From: Azolla caroliniana
Taxonomy: Eukaryota; Plantae; Polypodiophyta
DNA: 64,000 bases
Assembly (NCBI GenBank): GCA_043228905.1
Contig: JBHGNT010000004.1
Span: 17,732,001-17,796,000 of the forward strand
Direction: 5' to 3'
Both the position numbers and the translations under genes were made by a program. Within the stretch, counting starts at the first letter, position 1. The number at the start of each line of letters is the position of its first letter. Below, piece after piece: positions 25,418 to 39,699 of the stretch. The notes under the pieces were generated by a model. The model was not told the DNA's origin. It saw only the letters and a list, made by a program, of their open reading frames with translations, and searched no databases.

Positions 25418-26800
25418 AAACTCAATTTGTTGTTTTTTGTTTGTAGAAATTCCTTCTCAAATATACCAGCCATTACTTCGCATAGGTATCGATAATGTGG
25501 ACCTGAACTTGAATGAGCAAAAGGCGACTATAACGGGTAAGGTTAATCCGATGGAGGTTTATGCAGCGGTGAGGAAAAAGTGTGGGAAGGGAACTGTGCT
25601 TTTGTACCCGGAGCCATCAGAGAAAGACAAGCAAGAAACCATGATCAATTCCATCACCAAGATAGTCGATTCCATTAACGACTTATTGAACCCTAAAGTA
25701 TGCAATCTAAACTATTGTTTGCCTTATGCATAATGTAAAGACACAATAATCCGTGTTTGATTTTAGCTAAAATGTGATGTGTATGCATATTACCCTAAGT
25801 AGAGAAAATTGATAACAAAGACAAAAATTGGCTAGGTTGCATGTGGATGGCTTTCTCCATTTAGTGTTTGGACAGCTGCAATATGGATGCGAGCCATGTG
25901 AATTATCTCTAGCCTTGCTTGGTATTGACTAAGAGTTAAGGTTATGTTTGTGCGCATAACATATGGCATACGTGGTTACTCTCACTGAAATAAGCAGATT
26001 ATCTTGACTTTTTTTGGTATAGCCTCCTGATACGACTCTTGAGCTGAAAGTTAAGATGCATTGTGGAGCTTGTGCGAAGCAGATCAAGAAGATTCTACTG
26101 AAAATGGATGGTAAGGACCGTTGTGGTGATCTTTCAATATCTGAATGCTACAGATTTGGTACTCTCCTGCATTATTATCATTGGTCATCTTATTTATTGG
26201 ATGGCCTTAAAAGCTAACCCATGTTTTGCAGGGGTTACCGAGGTTAATGAAGATCTTGTAGGCGACAAAGTGGTAGTGAAAGGAAGGGGTTTAGTTGCGG
26301 AGCAACTGTGTGATAGGGTAAAGAGGCTAGGGAAGCATTGTGAAGTAATATCATCAAAAAAGGATGAAAAGAAAGAGAAAAAGAGTGAGGAAGCAAAGAA
26401 GAAAGAGGACAAAAAGGAAAATGAGAAGAAAGAGGACAAAAAGGAAAATGAGAAGAAAGAGGACAAAAAGGAGAATGAGAAGAATGAGGAGAAAGAGGAG
26501 AAAAATGAGAACGAGAAGAAAGAGGACAAAAATGAGAAAGAGAAAAAAGGAAATGGAAATGGAAATGGCAATGGCAAAAATGGCAATGGCAAAAATGAGA
26601 AGAAAAAAGGAAATGGTGCAAAAGAAGGAAAGGATTGTGTAAAAGAAGACTTGAAGAATGATAAGGTTGAGGAAGAGGAATGGAATACGAAAGCTGATGT
26701 GAAGAAATATGTATATCCTTCATATGCTAGTGTCTCAGAGTATGCATATCCTCCACAACTCTTTAGTGATGAGAACCCCAATGCTTGTTCAATCATGTAA
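24100..26800 (+). CDS. HIPP: Heavy-metal-associated isoprenylated plant protein (two HMA domains), 336 aa
   Basis: Exons 24100-24117, 25257-25380, 25486-25697, 26023-26110, 26232-26800; all GT-AG and in phase. HMA motifs MHCEAC and MHCGAC, K/E-rich linker, C-terminal FSDENPNACSIM (CaaX). Confidence 0.93.
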
Positions 26801-28072
26801 TAAGAATTGCTGCATCTTTTCCATACTCCATCTATTGATGCCAAGACATAACCCATTGTTCTTTAGAGTCATGCTTCCTTCAATTTTGTGTCCATCTATT
26901 GAGAGAGTATACTTCCTTCGACATACATTCTTTCATACCTTTAATACTACGTCCTTACCTGCCTTCAATGAATATGACCAAAGCAATTGGTAATGCACTT
27001 GCAAAAATAAGCTTTTCTTTTTACCTTAATTCAAAATGCGCAAAAACTCGTTCTCATTGTGCGCAAAAAATGTCATTGTGCAATGATTTAGTTGCTTTAT
27101 TATTTGTATATTTATTATATGAAGTAAGCTCTCCCAATTCTTGAATAGGTTTGGTCCATGCAATTATGACAGATTTGCAACCCTTCTTAGCTGTGGATAT
27201 GGCCAGATATTAAATCTTCACTTTTTGACATATGTGATCAGAGCAAAAGTTTGTTGAGTCAAACTCACGGTTGCAACAAGGCTACATGATTTCCTAGGCC
27301 TTTTGTATACTGAAGATGTTGAAGGACGTAATCCACCCAAAGATCCTTGACAAATAACACAAGCATCCTTAAACATCTTTTGTATAATTATCAAAACATT
27401 CATGGTTGTGGCTCTCTACGTCTTTAGCTTGTTTGAATTGGATGTCCTCTTCTTACTGCCAATTCCCAATGATGAGCAGTGTAAGAAAATGATAAAAGCA
27501 CAATACTCCAGCACTAAAAATCTTGGGTAAACAGAGACCAAGTCATTCTTACGGCTAGAAATGTTATCATTCGTATTAATGTTCATTAGTCTGCCTTTAT
27601 TAATCAATACTTGCATTGATTCTTCTTTCACATCCATGTGATAAATTTGTTATTACTATGAGCTTGAGATTACTAAATCTGGAAAATGGGATGGCAACAA
27701 TTTTGATTCACAATAAAATGTGTCATATTTCTTTGTAATATCGTCAAGAAAGATAGCATGGACATCTTAACATAAAAATAAAAAAGATGAACATAAAAAA
27801 TCAGTTTCTTCGCACAAGCGTAGCATACAAAAAGAGATGAAAGACTGCAAAACAAGGTTTATTGTGACTGTCTGTGTGCTCACCCAAATATTGCCTAGAA
27901 ATTTTTATACTGAAAATTCTCCTCATAAAACCCCCAATATTACATTCTATGCACCTCTTGTAAAAAGAAATTATTCATGCCCATTCTTGAGCATAGTGTA
28001 TAGATCCAATTCTATACAGCAAAAACATTGCCTCCATGAATATCAATCTCAACATTTGTTGTCTTACAAATG

Positions 28073-31000
28073 CTATTCTCCATCAGAAACAAATGGTATC
28101 GGAAGAAAGAACCTGGCAAATTTTCAACATAATAAAGAAACATTCAATAGAGAATAGAACATATGAAGAGAAATCTACCAAATACAACATCAATATTCAT
28201 GTATTTTGTCCATGAATTCACAAACATAATTAGCATATACTGCAAAAAATGAATAAAATAAGCTTACCCTCTACGTCTTGAAAAATAATCATTGTCAAGA
28301 GATATTGCAAGGGCCAGTGTCACAGTTCTTTCCAGGAGGGTCAAAGGGCGCTCAGATCTGAATTCTTCAGTCTGCTTTTAACAAAAAATTAGCAAGCATT
28401 TTTGGGTTTTGTCAAGAAACAAATTCAAAATACATCTATTACCTCAAGCTCTGGGTTGACAGTGATTCCATGCAGTGCAGCGGGTTGAGATACATGCTCT
28501 AGTGAAGAAGAATGAGAAGAACCTCCAAATCGCAATGCATATTGCCCAGCATCAGTGAGCATCTGTGTAATTTGTTATTTTTTTCTCAATATATATCAAG
28601 TCCAAACTTATATCAACAATCATTCTAATAAGAGAAAGTTTATGTAGAAATTATCATCAGTTTGGAATGACCATTTTTTCATGTGCCTTTTTATCATAAT
28701 TTAAAGTTGAGAATGGATATAGATAAGATCAATTCCATTTAGATGTAAATGGCACTCCGAGAATGCAATGACCAATATTAGAAGTGTAAATCCTGAAATA
28801 TACTATATATGGTTCCATTCAGCCTGTGTATGTGGTGCATCAGATATAGAGTAAATATAGAACTTGCTACATACTTTGTATTGGTCATTCTGCAAAATGA
28901 AGGAGATAAAAGACGAGAATACAAGGAATAATTATGGTATGAAGTAACCCCATCACCAGGTTCTTCACTGGCTGGAATGGTTTCTTTCCTGTGTGAGCAC
29001 CCACTATGGGCGACGGGCGTAGATATTTATACCTTCATTATGGAACTATGGTCCATTGAACATTCTAGTCCTGCATTAGTGAACCCTTGATAGATAGCTC
29101 TATCAAGTAATATCCCTCATGGAGAACACAATTAGAGTCATGCCAGAGGATCTCCAGAGTGGGATCTGTACAAATATAAAAAACAATTGCAGCCTTACAT
29201 ACAAGCCCTGTAAGGATTCTAACAAAGATGGAAGTAACTATCGGGCTAACTGTTGGCAAATCTCTTCAAATAGGGTCATTAATTACCCTATTAACTCATC
29301 TTCTCAAGAGTGTCTCAACGGCTTTACATAGACATGAAAAATGAGAGCACAATTCAGGTGGTATTTCTCACACAGTGTCTCGTCTTCTATCTCCTTCATT
29401 CGCCAGCCTGATAGACTTCAGACCAAAACCAGGTAAGGAGAAGCATAACATGAGGACATGCTATAGATGATCAAACCTCTATAGGTAGGAACTTGAGTAT
29501 TAAAAACACTAAGAATTACAAAACAATTGCAGTTTTGCTGCTCTGGAAATCAGAACCACAGATTGAAGGCAGAAATTTTGCTGCTAGGTCAAGGAAAAGA
29601 AATACTGACAATTACGTCAGACCACAATGATGTAGCAAGGATAGATGTCTAGTACTCACAACTATAGTTGGGGAATCTTGACTGTCCCTTTGAGATTATT
29701 TGATTTACCTCATAGCCAAATCCCCGAAAGTGTCGATCAATTTCTGCAAGGACCTTTCCATTCTCATCTGTCAACGTAAAAGTCCAGTTCCAAAAACCTG
29801 GATTTTCAACAATAGCAAATTGTCTCTTTCTGTCAACATAGGAAGATACATATTGTTAGAGGAAGGTCATGAAAAACTGAAGATACTCAAACTTATTTCA
29901 GGAAGAAGTAAGGTTTAACCAAGTATAGAAGGCACACACATTACCCTAAGTATAAATCATAGATGCGTCTCCACAAGTGCCATCTCCTTTGAACAAATCC
30001 TATAACCTGAAAATGAGTATGCCTATTTATATTTGACAAAAATGATTAGATGACACTTATATATTGACTTTTCAACTCAGCAGGTATCATTCAAAAGTTA
30101 TGTTTCCATAAAAATAAAATACAAGGCATTTCACAATTGAGTTGTGGTCAAATGTGAAGGAGTACATTACCTTTCCATCTATTTCTGCATAAATTGTGCT
30201 ATTAATAAACCAAGCTGGTCGCCGGACCTATGACACATGCTGAGGATATCAGACAAACAAATCACATCACAATTTAACCTGCACATTTATTGATTAACAT
30301 TTTTACCGTGAACAGAATCTTCTCAGTAGCATCCATTATTGAGGCAGTAAAAGGTCTCCTGGTGCGTAGCAACTATGGAATACAAAACATAATTGAATCC
30401 ATATTACACCTACAAAATGCGATCACAGAAATGGAAATACAAAACATATTTGATCTTTGCATGCTACAAAGACCCTGAAAATGTATGCACAACAATGGAA
30501 ATACAAAATATATGCAAGTGCATACCCAGCAAATGAAATGTGAAGAAAATGCTCACCTGCCGCATCAGGAAGTTACTAGATTCAATTATAAACCCAACAA
30601 CCTACACAAACACAATGTTATTAAAACACTAGATAAATTACTTGCACATAGGGAATATCAATTTAAGAACCCTAGAAACAGAAGATGTTTAACTTACAGT
30701 TAGGGACTGACGAGGGTCCATGATAACATAGCGATTTTCCTGCAGAAAAGTATTATTCAAAATGAAAGAGCCAAGTTATTTACTGTCATATGGAATAACT
30801 GAAACAACACCATAAACAATCCTCCTAACATATCTGATTACAATAGATCATCTTTCACTTTGACCAAAACACAAAACCCTTTAATTAAACTGTATATGGA
30901 TAGCTACAAATGATTGGCAGATAAACTGTTATATGCATAAAAATGCTCATGTGACATGGAGTTTTTAAAACTACACAAAGGTTGAAGAATCAACTTGTTG

Positions 31001-34000
31001 ATCATGATCTCCCAACTTTTATTGTCAGCAGTAGTATGGGAGAGGCCGAATCCTTAGGAACCCATAAAAACACCTCCTCCAACATTTTTTGTGAGTGGTA
31101 TGCAGTTTATGCAGGCTATAAGCATATCCACTGAAATCTGGTTAAATCATTCGGTCTTACCATCTAACTCCGGGTATTCGTTAGACTTCTTGCCAAAATC
31201 TTGGTGGTGTCATTGTCTTCATGAGGTGCTATTCTAGTTCTTTCTTTAAAATTTAAATTACAATTTTATTTTATTTTCTTGATTCCTTGGAGTTCTCAAA
31301 TCAGGAGATGACATCACATGGCCAGTGTAAAACATTGGATAACCATGGGTGGCAAGACTGGGGTTCAGTATTTCACCAGTACAATTAGCATTGTATTCTG
31401 ATTTGTATGGAGGTGTATATTTTCAATCATAAGGTTGTGCCTTGTACGTTCATTTTAACTTACGCCCTATATAATGTCGCTTAAAATTACAAGTGAGTTG
31501 ACCAAGATATGTTTTGATGAGGTGGCACCAGGCGATATATCTTTTGATGTTGAACTCACAAATAATCTTCAGAGCTGATAAAGAATCATTTTAGAGTGCT
31601 GAAGTTTATTGGTAGCAGAGCTGATTTTCTCTCTTTTCTATTTTGCAGAAAGTAATTCAGAAGGTTCTAGTGGTTGAAACAAGCATACACTGTTGGATAT
31701 GTTTTTCGAATTTGCACTCTTATCTCATTGTATTCTCTTCTATTATCATTTCCTTGGGGCCAATAGGTTGTCAATTTCCTTGTTTAGGAATAACATTTCC
31801 TTTTCCTGATGCCCGTGGACAATATATGATGAAGGCTGCTAGTGATAAACTTGATCCAATTCTCCAATTAGCAGTCTTAGTAGGCCTAGAAGACTTGTTC
31901 AATCCAATAATTTCAAATCTTTGAATCAACTACAAGGGGAGTTAAACAAGCAAGTTCAACACAAATTAGATACATTTGGTTGGGCAATCCAAAATATGTA
32001 ATGTTTGTTCCATTTCATTGAATCAAATTGGCAAATTTTTCAAAAGCATCACACAATATAGTTGAAGAGTCTAAGTACGTTGCTTTGTTCATGGTGATTT
32101 GACATGCGTGAATTCCTTAGCATTATCAACAGTCCCAAGCATCTAATTGTTGTTGGTTTGCGTTGGTTTGAACTTCATAATTTGGAGATTGCTTTTAAGC
32201 TCTTCCAGGTTAGTTTTGTTGAAAAACGTGGTCATGGTCTACAAAAGAAAATTAGGGACTATTGTTCAAGATTGAAGTGACAAAAAAATGATAAGAGAAG
32301 GCATCCGTGTCAATGCTTAGTGGCAGGGAAGTGCAGACAACATTATAGTCCAAAGGAAAACAGTTTTCCAGGAGGAAGATTCTGGTGTAATTAATCCAAT
32401 AATGATGAAGATTTTGGTCTGAAGTACTTAAAGTCTACATCCATTCAAATGGGATTTTGGTTGAGGCAAAAGAACAAAAAGTAAAGTTTCATTGAAGAAT
32501 GGAAATGTTTTAGTGGTACAATTATAGGACACCATGTTATTATCCACTAGAATAGATAAAGAAACAACGCAGAAATCCACGAAGAAAAAGCCATTTGCTG
32601 AACAAGTGGCTAATGTGGTCAGTGAGGCAAAATGCATCAAAGCAAATAAGTTGTGCACGTAGGTTCCGGCTTCATGGACCACAATCTCACCACCTTTGTA
32701 ATCGACATATAAAGGTCATTACCTCCCGCCATTCGCAGGTGCTTCCCTCGCTTGAGAAACCTCTCCATTCGGACTTAACCTACTCTAGACATCTTTTGAA
32801 GACAAAAATTATAATCTACCTTGTTTGAGAATCTTACATGTACCAATAACAAGATTCTTTAGTCACTTTTTATCTTATTTAATTTTTCACTTTGTAACAT
32901 TTATTTTGGTTTCTTTTTCTCAAAGCCAAGACAACGCTTAAGATGTAATCTCTTGTTTGGCCTAAAAGGAAAGTTTGTTTTATGCGAACCATCTCACTCC
33001 CAAGTCAAATCTTCAATCTAACCATTCATCCATTTTATTTTAAACTCTTGAATATGGTTAGAACTCAACATTTAGGTTATGAATCGAGAATTTTTTCTGG
33101 CCTATGAGGTTTGGATGACAACTCCTCAAGAGTAACTAGAGTTTTGATGGAAACCAAATTATCGTCATGTTATCCGTATAGGTGTACTGGATGAATAGGG
33201 TGTAATGTGTATGGTGTGGTGTGTAATATGTAATAGGTATACGAGTGTGTGAGGATGAGTATGTGTGAGGACATGCACAATTATGTGCATGTGACAAGAG
33301 TGTAACGGTCATTATTTACCGTTACATTATGTATTATATAAACCCCTTATGGGGCATGTAATGGAGATTGAGATTTTTCCCCTCTCATTTGGTGTCCTTT
33401 TCTATTTGTCTTTCTCTCTCGCTCTCTCTCTAACTTAACCCCCTTGGGAGGGGGGTGAAGCCATTCTAGGCTTCACCCCCCACCCCAACAACACGTCAAA
33501 ACCCAAGTCTTTGAGATGACTAACATGATAGACAAGATGGATTTTGACGCCAGCTGGAAGTTCGAAGCGATAGGCAGATGAACCAATATGCTTGAGGGCT
33601 GTGAAAGGTCCAAAAAAGCATGGGGCTAATTTAAAACAGTTGCCCGTTGACAATGTCGTAGAGTCATGAGGCATACGTAAAAACACTTTCTGTCCAAGGA
33701 GAATGAAACTGACGCGAAATATGCGTGTGTGTGAAATATATCTCGGCCACAACCGAGACTTCAATCACTTCGTGAGAATCACAACCACAGAAAGAAATGG
33801 GAAATGAAGGTAAATGCACGTATACACACAAACAATAGAGTAAGAGAGAGTGCACAGGAAGTTAACGTGGAAAGCCCAGAGAGGGAAAAACCATGGGAGC
33901 CCACAGACTCCAAACTATCACTATGTAAAAGAATACAACAGGGGGCACAGAGGCAACGACCTCGTGCTCTCAATCTTCGCCAACAAGCGGTTACAACAGA

Positions 34001-37000
34001 TTCTGTTCAAAGTATCTCTCTCTCTCTCTCTCTCTCTCTAAAACAAAGATTATGCTTGTGAAGAGCCAAAAAAGAGATAAACCATGCATTATGTACAACA
34101 ATGAGCCACTTGAATGTGTGGAAAGCTTCAAATATCTTGGCCTTGAAGTTCCTTCAAATCATAGATGGAATGAATGTGCTACACGCCGCTTAGAGGCGGG
34201 CAAGCGAGCATACTATGCATTTGAGAACACATGCAATCTTGGAGATATTAAGTGTTGGGTCCTCAAGAAATATCTTTTCGACACTTTGGTGACACCGGTT
34301 CTTCTCCATGGGTGGAAGTATGGGGTGGTAGTATCCCTAAATCTATGTGGAAAGTCCCTCACATCGACTTCCTAGAATTGCGTGGGAAGCAAGCAAAAAG
34401 ATCCAAAGGACGCAGAAAAGCAAAATTTTGTGTTCCGGTTGGATGCAAGATATAGAAAAATGGTTTGGTAGATAGGATGCGAGACACTTGCTTCATGATG
34501 CATCATTAGATTCCTCTGTAAATGAGGCATTTTTGCAACGCCAATGTATCATGACATGGGACAAATGTGGAGGCTCACACTTCACACATTATACTACACA
34601 TGTTGCACCTAACTACAAAACCATATTCTTTGCGGAACGGGGAAATCGTACACATCGATACATGTTAGAGCCCATACCGTTATCTGCCATTCGAACCATT
34701 GCTTCCATGCGACTTAGCTCACATGCATTGCGATGTGAAACAGGGTGTTGGGGTACAAGTGATGAGAGTGGTCGGCTATGCACACTTTGCCCTAAACAAG
34801 TTCGCGAGTCTGAGTATCACACTTTGATACAATGCTCTGCCTTTGATCATATTTGACCATGCTTTCCACATCTCTTCGATCGAGCCCAATCTTTGCATGA
34901 ATTCCTCTCACAACCACAATGTGCACTCTCGATTGCAACATTCATTGGTAAAGTTCTTGAACATCGAGAGTCACTACTCACTTTCACACGTATCACGTGA
35001 AATGTAATATTTTTGGTCTCATAGGTCATATTTGACCTCCGAAGACGATAATATAATCTATCTATCTATCTATCTCTCTTTGTTTTCACTCTGTATAGTT
35101 ACACCAATAACTCTATACAAAATAATGACCAACAACACTATTTGTGTTTGCCCTAGGTCATATTTATACTAATACGACATTAGGACTGTTTACAAGTATA
35201 GCCCCAGCGGGCTCTCAGAAACATATTTATCTATATGTCCCTTCATCGTTGAGAGGTTCTCACCGGGTCTTCCTTGCCGGGTACACATCATCTGGTTCTC
35301 ACCGGGTCATCCTTGCCAGGTACTCATATCCCATCCGGAGGGACCGAAATCCTAACAAACTCCCCTCCCCCTTCACTCCGGCATGGGATGCCTCGTTAGT
35401 CCGACTGCTTCCGGCATGCGTCTAGCTTGTCGGGTGTTAGCACTTTGGTCAGCATATCTGACCCGTTCTCCTCTGTGTGGATTTTCGTCAGCATGAACTC
35501 CCGATCTTCCACTCGCTCCTGGATCCAGTGGTACCTCCGCTGGATGTGCTTCATCCTAGAATGATAGGCAACATTCTATGCAAGGTGGATGGCACTTTGA
35601 TTGTCGCAGTTGAGCCGATATTCCTCTTGCCGAATCCCTAGCTCTCCGATGAAGTCCTTCATCCACAGTATTTCCTTGCCGGCTTCCACAGCTGCCATGT
35701 ACTCCGCTTCCGTGGTTGACAATGCAACTGTCTTCTGCAGCCTCGACTACCACGAAACAACTCCCCCTACATATGTCATGACATATCCGGATGTTGACCG
35801 ACTAGTATCCACATCAGCTGACATATCCGAATCGGTGAAACCGTCAAGTTGGGGTGCCTTTCAAGTATCGGAGTATCCATTTTACCGCATTCCAGTGCTC
35901 CTTGCCAGGATTGCTCATAAACCGGCTCACCACTCCGACTGCGTATCCGATATCCGGTCGGGTACACACCATTGCATACATTAAGCTCCCGACAGCAGAG
36001 GCATATGGTATCTTCATTATATCTGCCTTCTTTGCTTTCGTCTTCGGGCTTTGCTTATCGGATAACCCGCAGTTTGTTAGAAGTGTCGATCCGACCGGTT
36101 TCGCATCTGACATGTTGAACCGCTGAAGCACCTTTGTCACGTATTTCTCCTGTGACAGTCACAATTGCTTCTTTGACCGGTCCCGGATGATATGCATCCC
36201 CAGTATCTGTCTTGCCGGACCCAAGTCTTTCATCGAGAAGGTCTGGTTTAGAGCCTTCTTTAGCATCCGTATCTTGACTTGGTCTCGTGCGACGATCAAC
36301 ATGTCATCCACGTACAAGAGTATCAAGAAGTCTCCACCTTCGAACTTCTTCACAAATACGCAGTGATTGGCCTGTGTCTTGTGGTACCCTTGGTCGGTCA
36401 TGAAGGAGTCGAACTTCCGGTACCATTGCCGGGGAGCCTGCTTCAAACCGTAGAGGCTCTTCTTCAACCGGCAAACCAGGTGCTCCTTCCCTTTCTTCAC
36501 AAATCCCTCCGGTTGCTGCATGTAGATCTCCTTTTCGAGGTCACCGTGGAGGAAAGCCGTCTTCACGTCTAACTGCTCTACCTCGAGGTCCATGCTTGCC
36601 GCTATGCTCAACATCGTCCGGATGGAAGTCATCTTTACTACCAGGGCAAATATCTCGTCGAAGTCCACACCCTTCTTCTATTGGAACCCCTTCACCACGA
36701 TCCTGGCTGTGTACCTTGGGGGATTGCCGACATCTCCCGGTTTCAACTTGTACACCCACTTATTCCAGAGTGCCCTCTTTCCTTTCGGCAACTCCATCAG
36801 TTCATAAGTGTGGTTCTCATGTAGGGAATCCATCTCGTCCTGCATGGTACTTAACCACTTCCGGCTATGGGTGTCCTTTGCTTCTTCGAAGTTTTCTGGC
36901 TCCCCCTCATCGGTTAGCAACACGCGCTCTACATCCGGAAATCTCCGGGGGGCCTTCTCTCTCTGAGAGGATATTTGCGTCCTTGGCTTTCAGCAACCGG

Positions 37001-39667
37001 CTCCTCTGTTTGTTCTTCATCCGAATCCGATTCGGGGCCTTGGCCGGTTCCGGTTTCTGCTTCTTCTTCTTCTTCTGCCGATTCGGTATCCTCACCATAA
37101 CCGGCCGGTTCTTCGAGTGTCAACCGACTCTTAGCCAGGTAGGTCTGAATCTCATCAAATTGATCCTTACCGGTCAACTCGGAGTTCATTATCTTCTTCT
37201 CCAACTCCCAGTCGACAAGGGTCTTGTCCTCCATGAAGATAATATCTCGACTCCGGAAAACCTTCTTGTCGACCGGATCCCACACTCGGTAGCTGAACTC
37301 ATCATCGTCGTATCCGAGGAATATGCAAGGCCGGGACTTTGAATCCAACTTTGCTCTCCGGTCCTTTGCAACATGCACATAAGTGAGACACCCGAACACC
37401 TTCAGATGCCGGTAAGACACTTCCTTACCGGTCCACACTCTCTGTGGCGTGTCTCCATCCAAGGGTACTAAGGGTGATCTGTTTATCACATACGTCGTTG
37501 TCAACAGCGCCTCAACCCAAAACGTCTTAGGTAACTTTGCATGTGCTAGCATACTCCGGACCCTCTCCATTATGGTCCGGTTCATCCTCTCAACCAACCC
37601 GTTTAGTTCCAGCATCTTCGGCACAGCAAATTCGAGCCGGATTCCCTTCGAGCGGCAGTACTCCTCAAACTGCCCCCGGTATTCGCCTCCGTTATTTGCT
37701 TGAACCGCCTTCAGCTTCCGGCCGGTTTCTCTTTCCACTCTCGTGTGGAGCTCCTTGAAGACGGATAACACTTGATCCTTCGTCTTCAACGGTGTGGCCC
37801 ATAACTTCCAGATGTGATCGTCTATGAACATCACGAAGTACTGCGATCCGGCATGTGACTTTGTGTCCACTTAACACACATCAGTATGCACCAACTCCAG
37901 TGGTGCATTACGTTTCATCGGTGGCCTTGATCGGAAGGAGGTCCGGTTTTGCTTACCGGCCAAGTAGTCGGTGCACCTCTCAAGATGCACGTTCTTCACC
38001 GGAATGAGGTTGTCATCGGCAAGCCTCTTCATCCCCTTCTCGCTCATGTGACACATTCTCTTGTGCCACAACTCACCGGCAGTGTCGAAAGCAATGTTCA
38101 CTTCTTCCAGGCATAACCGGGCATTCATCAGGTACAGTGTATTGACCTTCTGGGCCTGAGCCACTATCAGGCTCCCCTTGCTGAACTTCATGACACCGTT
38201 CCGGATGCTACCCGTGTAGTCTTCATCATCTAGCCGACCGGCTGATAACAGGTGTTGGACATCCTTCAACAGCAGCTTGCATCCGGTTGGTGTTGTCAAC
38301 CACACGTCTCCTATGCCACAATTCGGCATGTACCTTCATTCCCCATCCAGACATAGCCGTGATCACCGGATGTGTAGGATGAGAAGCATTTCCGGTTTGG
38401 GGTTAGGTGGAATGACACTCCGAAATCGACAACCCACGTTGTCTTGTCGCCAACAAGGTTAAACTCACTCTCCTCGGTGATGAGCATCAACTCCTCTTCA
38501 CTTGCCGCGATTGCCGTCATTCCCTTCGGGTTCGGTCCTCTCCAGTCTTTGTCGTTCCGGTCCAATGACCGCTTCGAATCGGTACTATCGGTTTCCTTGT
38601 CTTTCCGGAAATGCCGACAGTTCTTCTGGAAGTGCCCCAACTTCCCACAATAGAAGCAAGTGGGCCTTCCCCTTGACTTTGACCGTGTCCCCGACTTTTC
38701 CTGGTTCTGGGGACTCTAGTTCCTTTGTCTTCCACGTTCCGATTCGGTAAGGAGTGCTTTGGAGTCGGAGCTCGTATCCTTGTCTTTCCGACACGCCTCC
38801 TCATCTAGCAAACTCGACTTGACTCTTGCTAGGGATAACTGTTTTCCTTCCGGCCCGGCGTTGCCCAAAGTGACAACTAACGTCTCCCAGCTATCTGGGA
38901 GGGAACCGAGCAGGAGCAATGCTAGTACCTCATCGGCGAGAGGTACTTCCAATGATGTTGCCTGGTGAATCAGCCCCTGGAAGGCATTCATGTGCTCCGC
39001 CATGCTGGAGCCATCTTGGTACCAGAGCCTCACTAGTTTCCGGAATACCGAAACCCGATTAATGGCATTCTTGTTCTGGAACATGATGTCAATCTTCTCC
39101 CAGAGCTCATGAACCTTACTCTCCTCATTGAAGTTGTTGTACAGGCTCATGTCGATGAAACACCGTATGTATGCCGTCGTCTTCATGTGCATCACCTCCC
39201 ACACCGTGGCGTCGATCTTGTCCGGTCTACTGAACCGGCAACCAAAGATCTTTGACCACGAGCATGTCCCTCATCTTCGACTTCCACACTGAGTAGTTGG
39301 AGCTGGTGAGCTTGAACATGCCGCTGAAAGATTCTTCCATTTTCTGTGTTGTTCGCTCTGATACCAGATTGACGCGAAATATGCGTGTGCGGAATATATC
39401 TCGGCCACAACCAAGACTTCAATCACTTCGTGAGAATCACAACCACAGAAAGAAATGGGCAATGAAGGTAAATGCACATATACTCACAAACAATAGAGCA
39501 AGAGAGAGTGCACAGGATGTTAACGTGGAAAGCCCAGAGAGGGAAAAACCACGGGAGCCCACAGACTCCAAATTATCACTATGTAAAAGAATACAACAGG
39601 GGGCACAGAGGCAACGACCTCGTGCTCTCAATCTTCACCAACAGGCGGTTACAACAGAGACTATTTA

Positions 39668-39699
<32 letters not shown>

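Noticed and set aside
26194-26856. Phe/Ser-rich antisense ORFs that look like membrane proteins
   Set aside because: They are shadows of the K/E-rich HIPP exon.
31000-32880. Possible extra scramblase exon or L1 remnant
   Set aside because: The flanking exons already join contiguously (GFEQ|ENRY), and the TE similarity is too weak to call.
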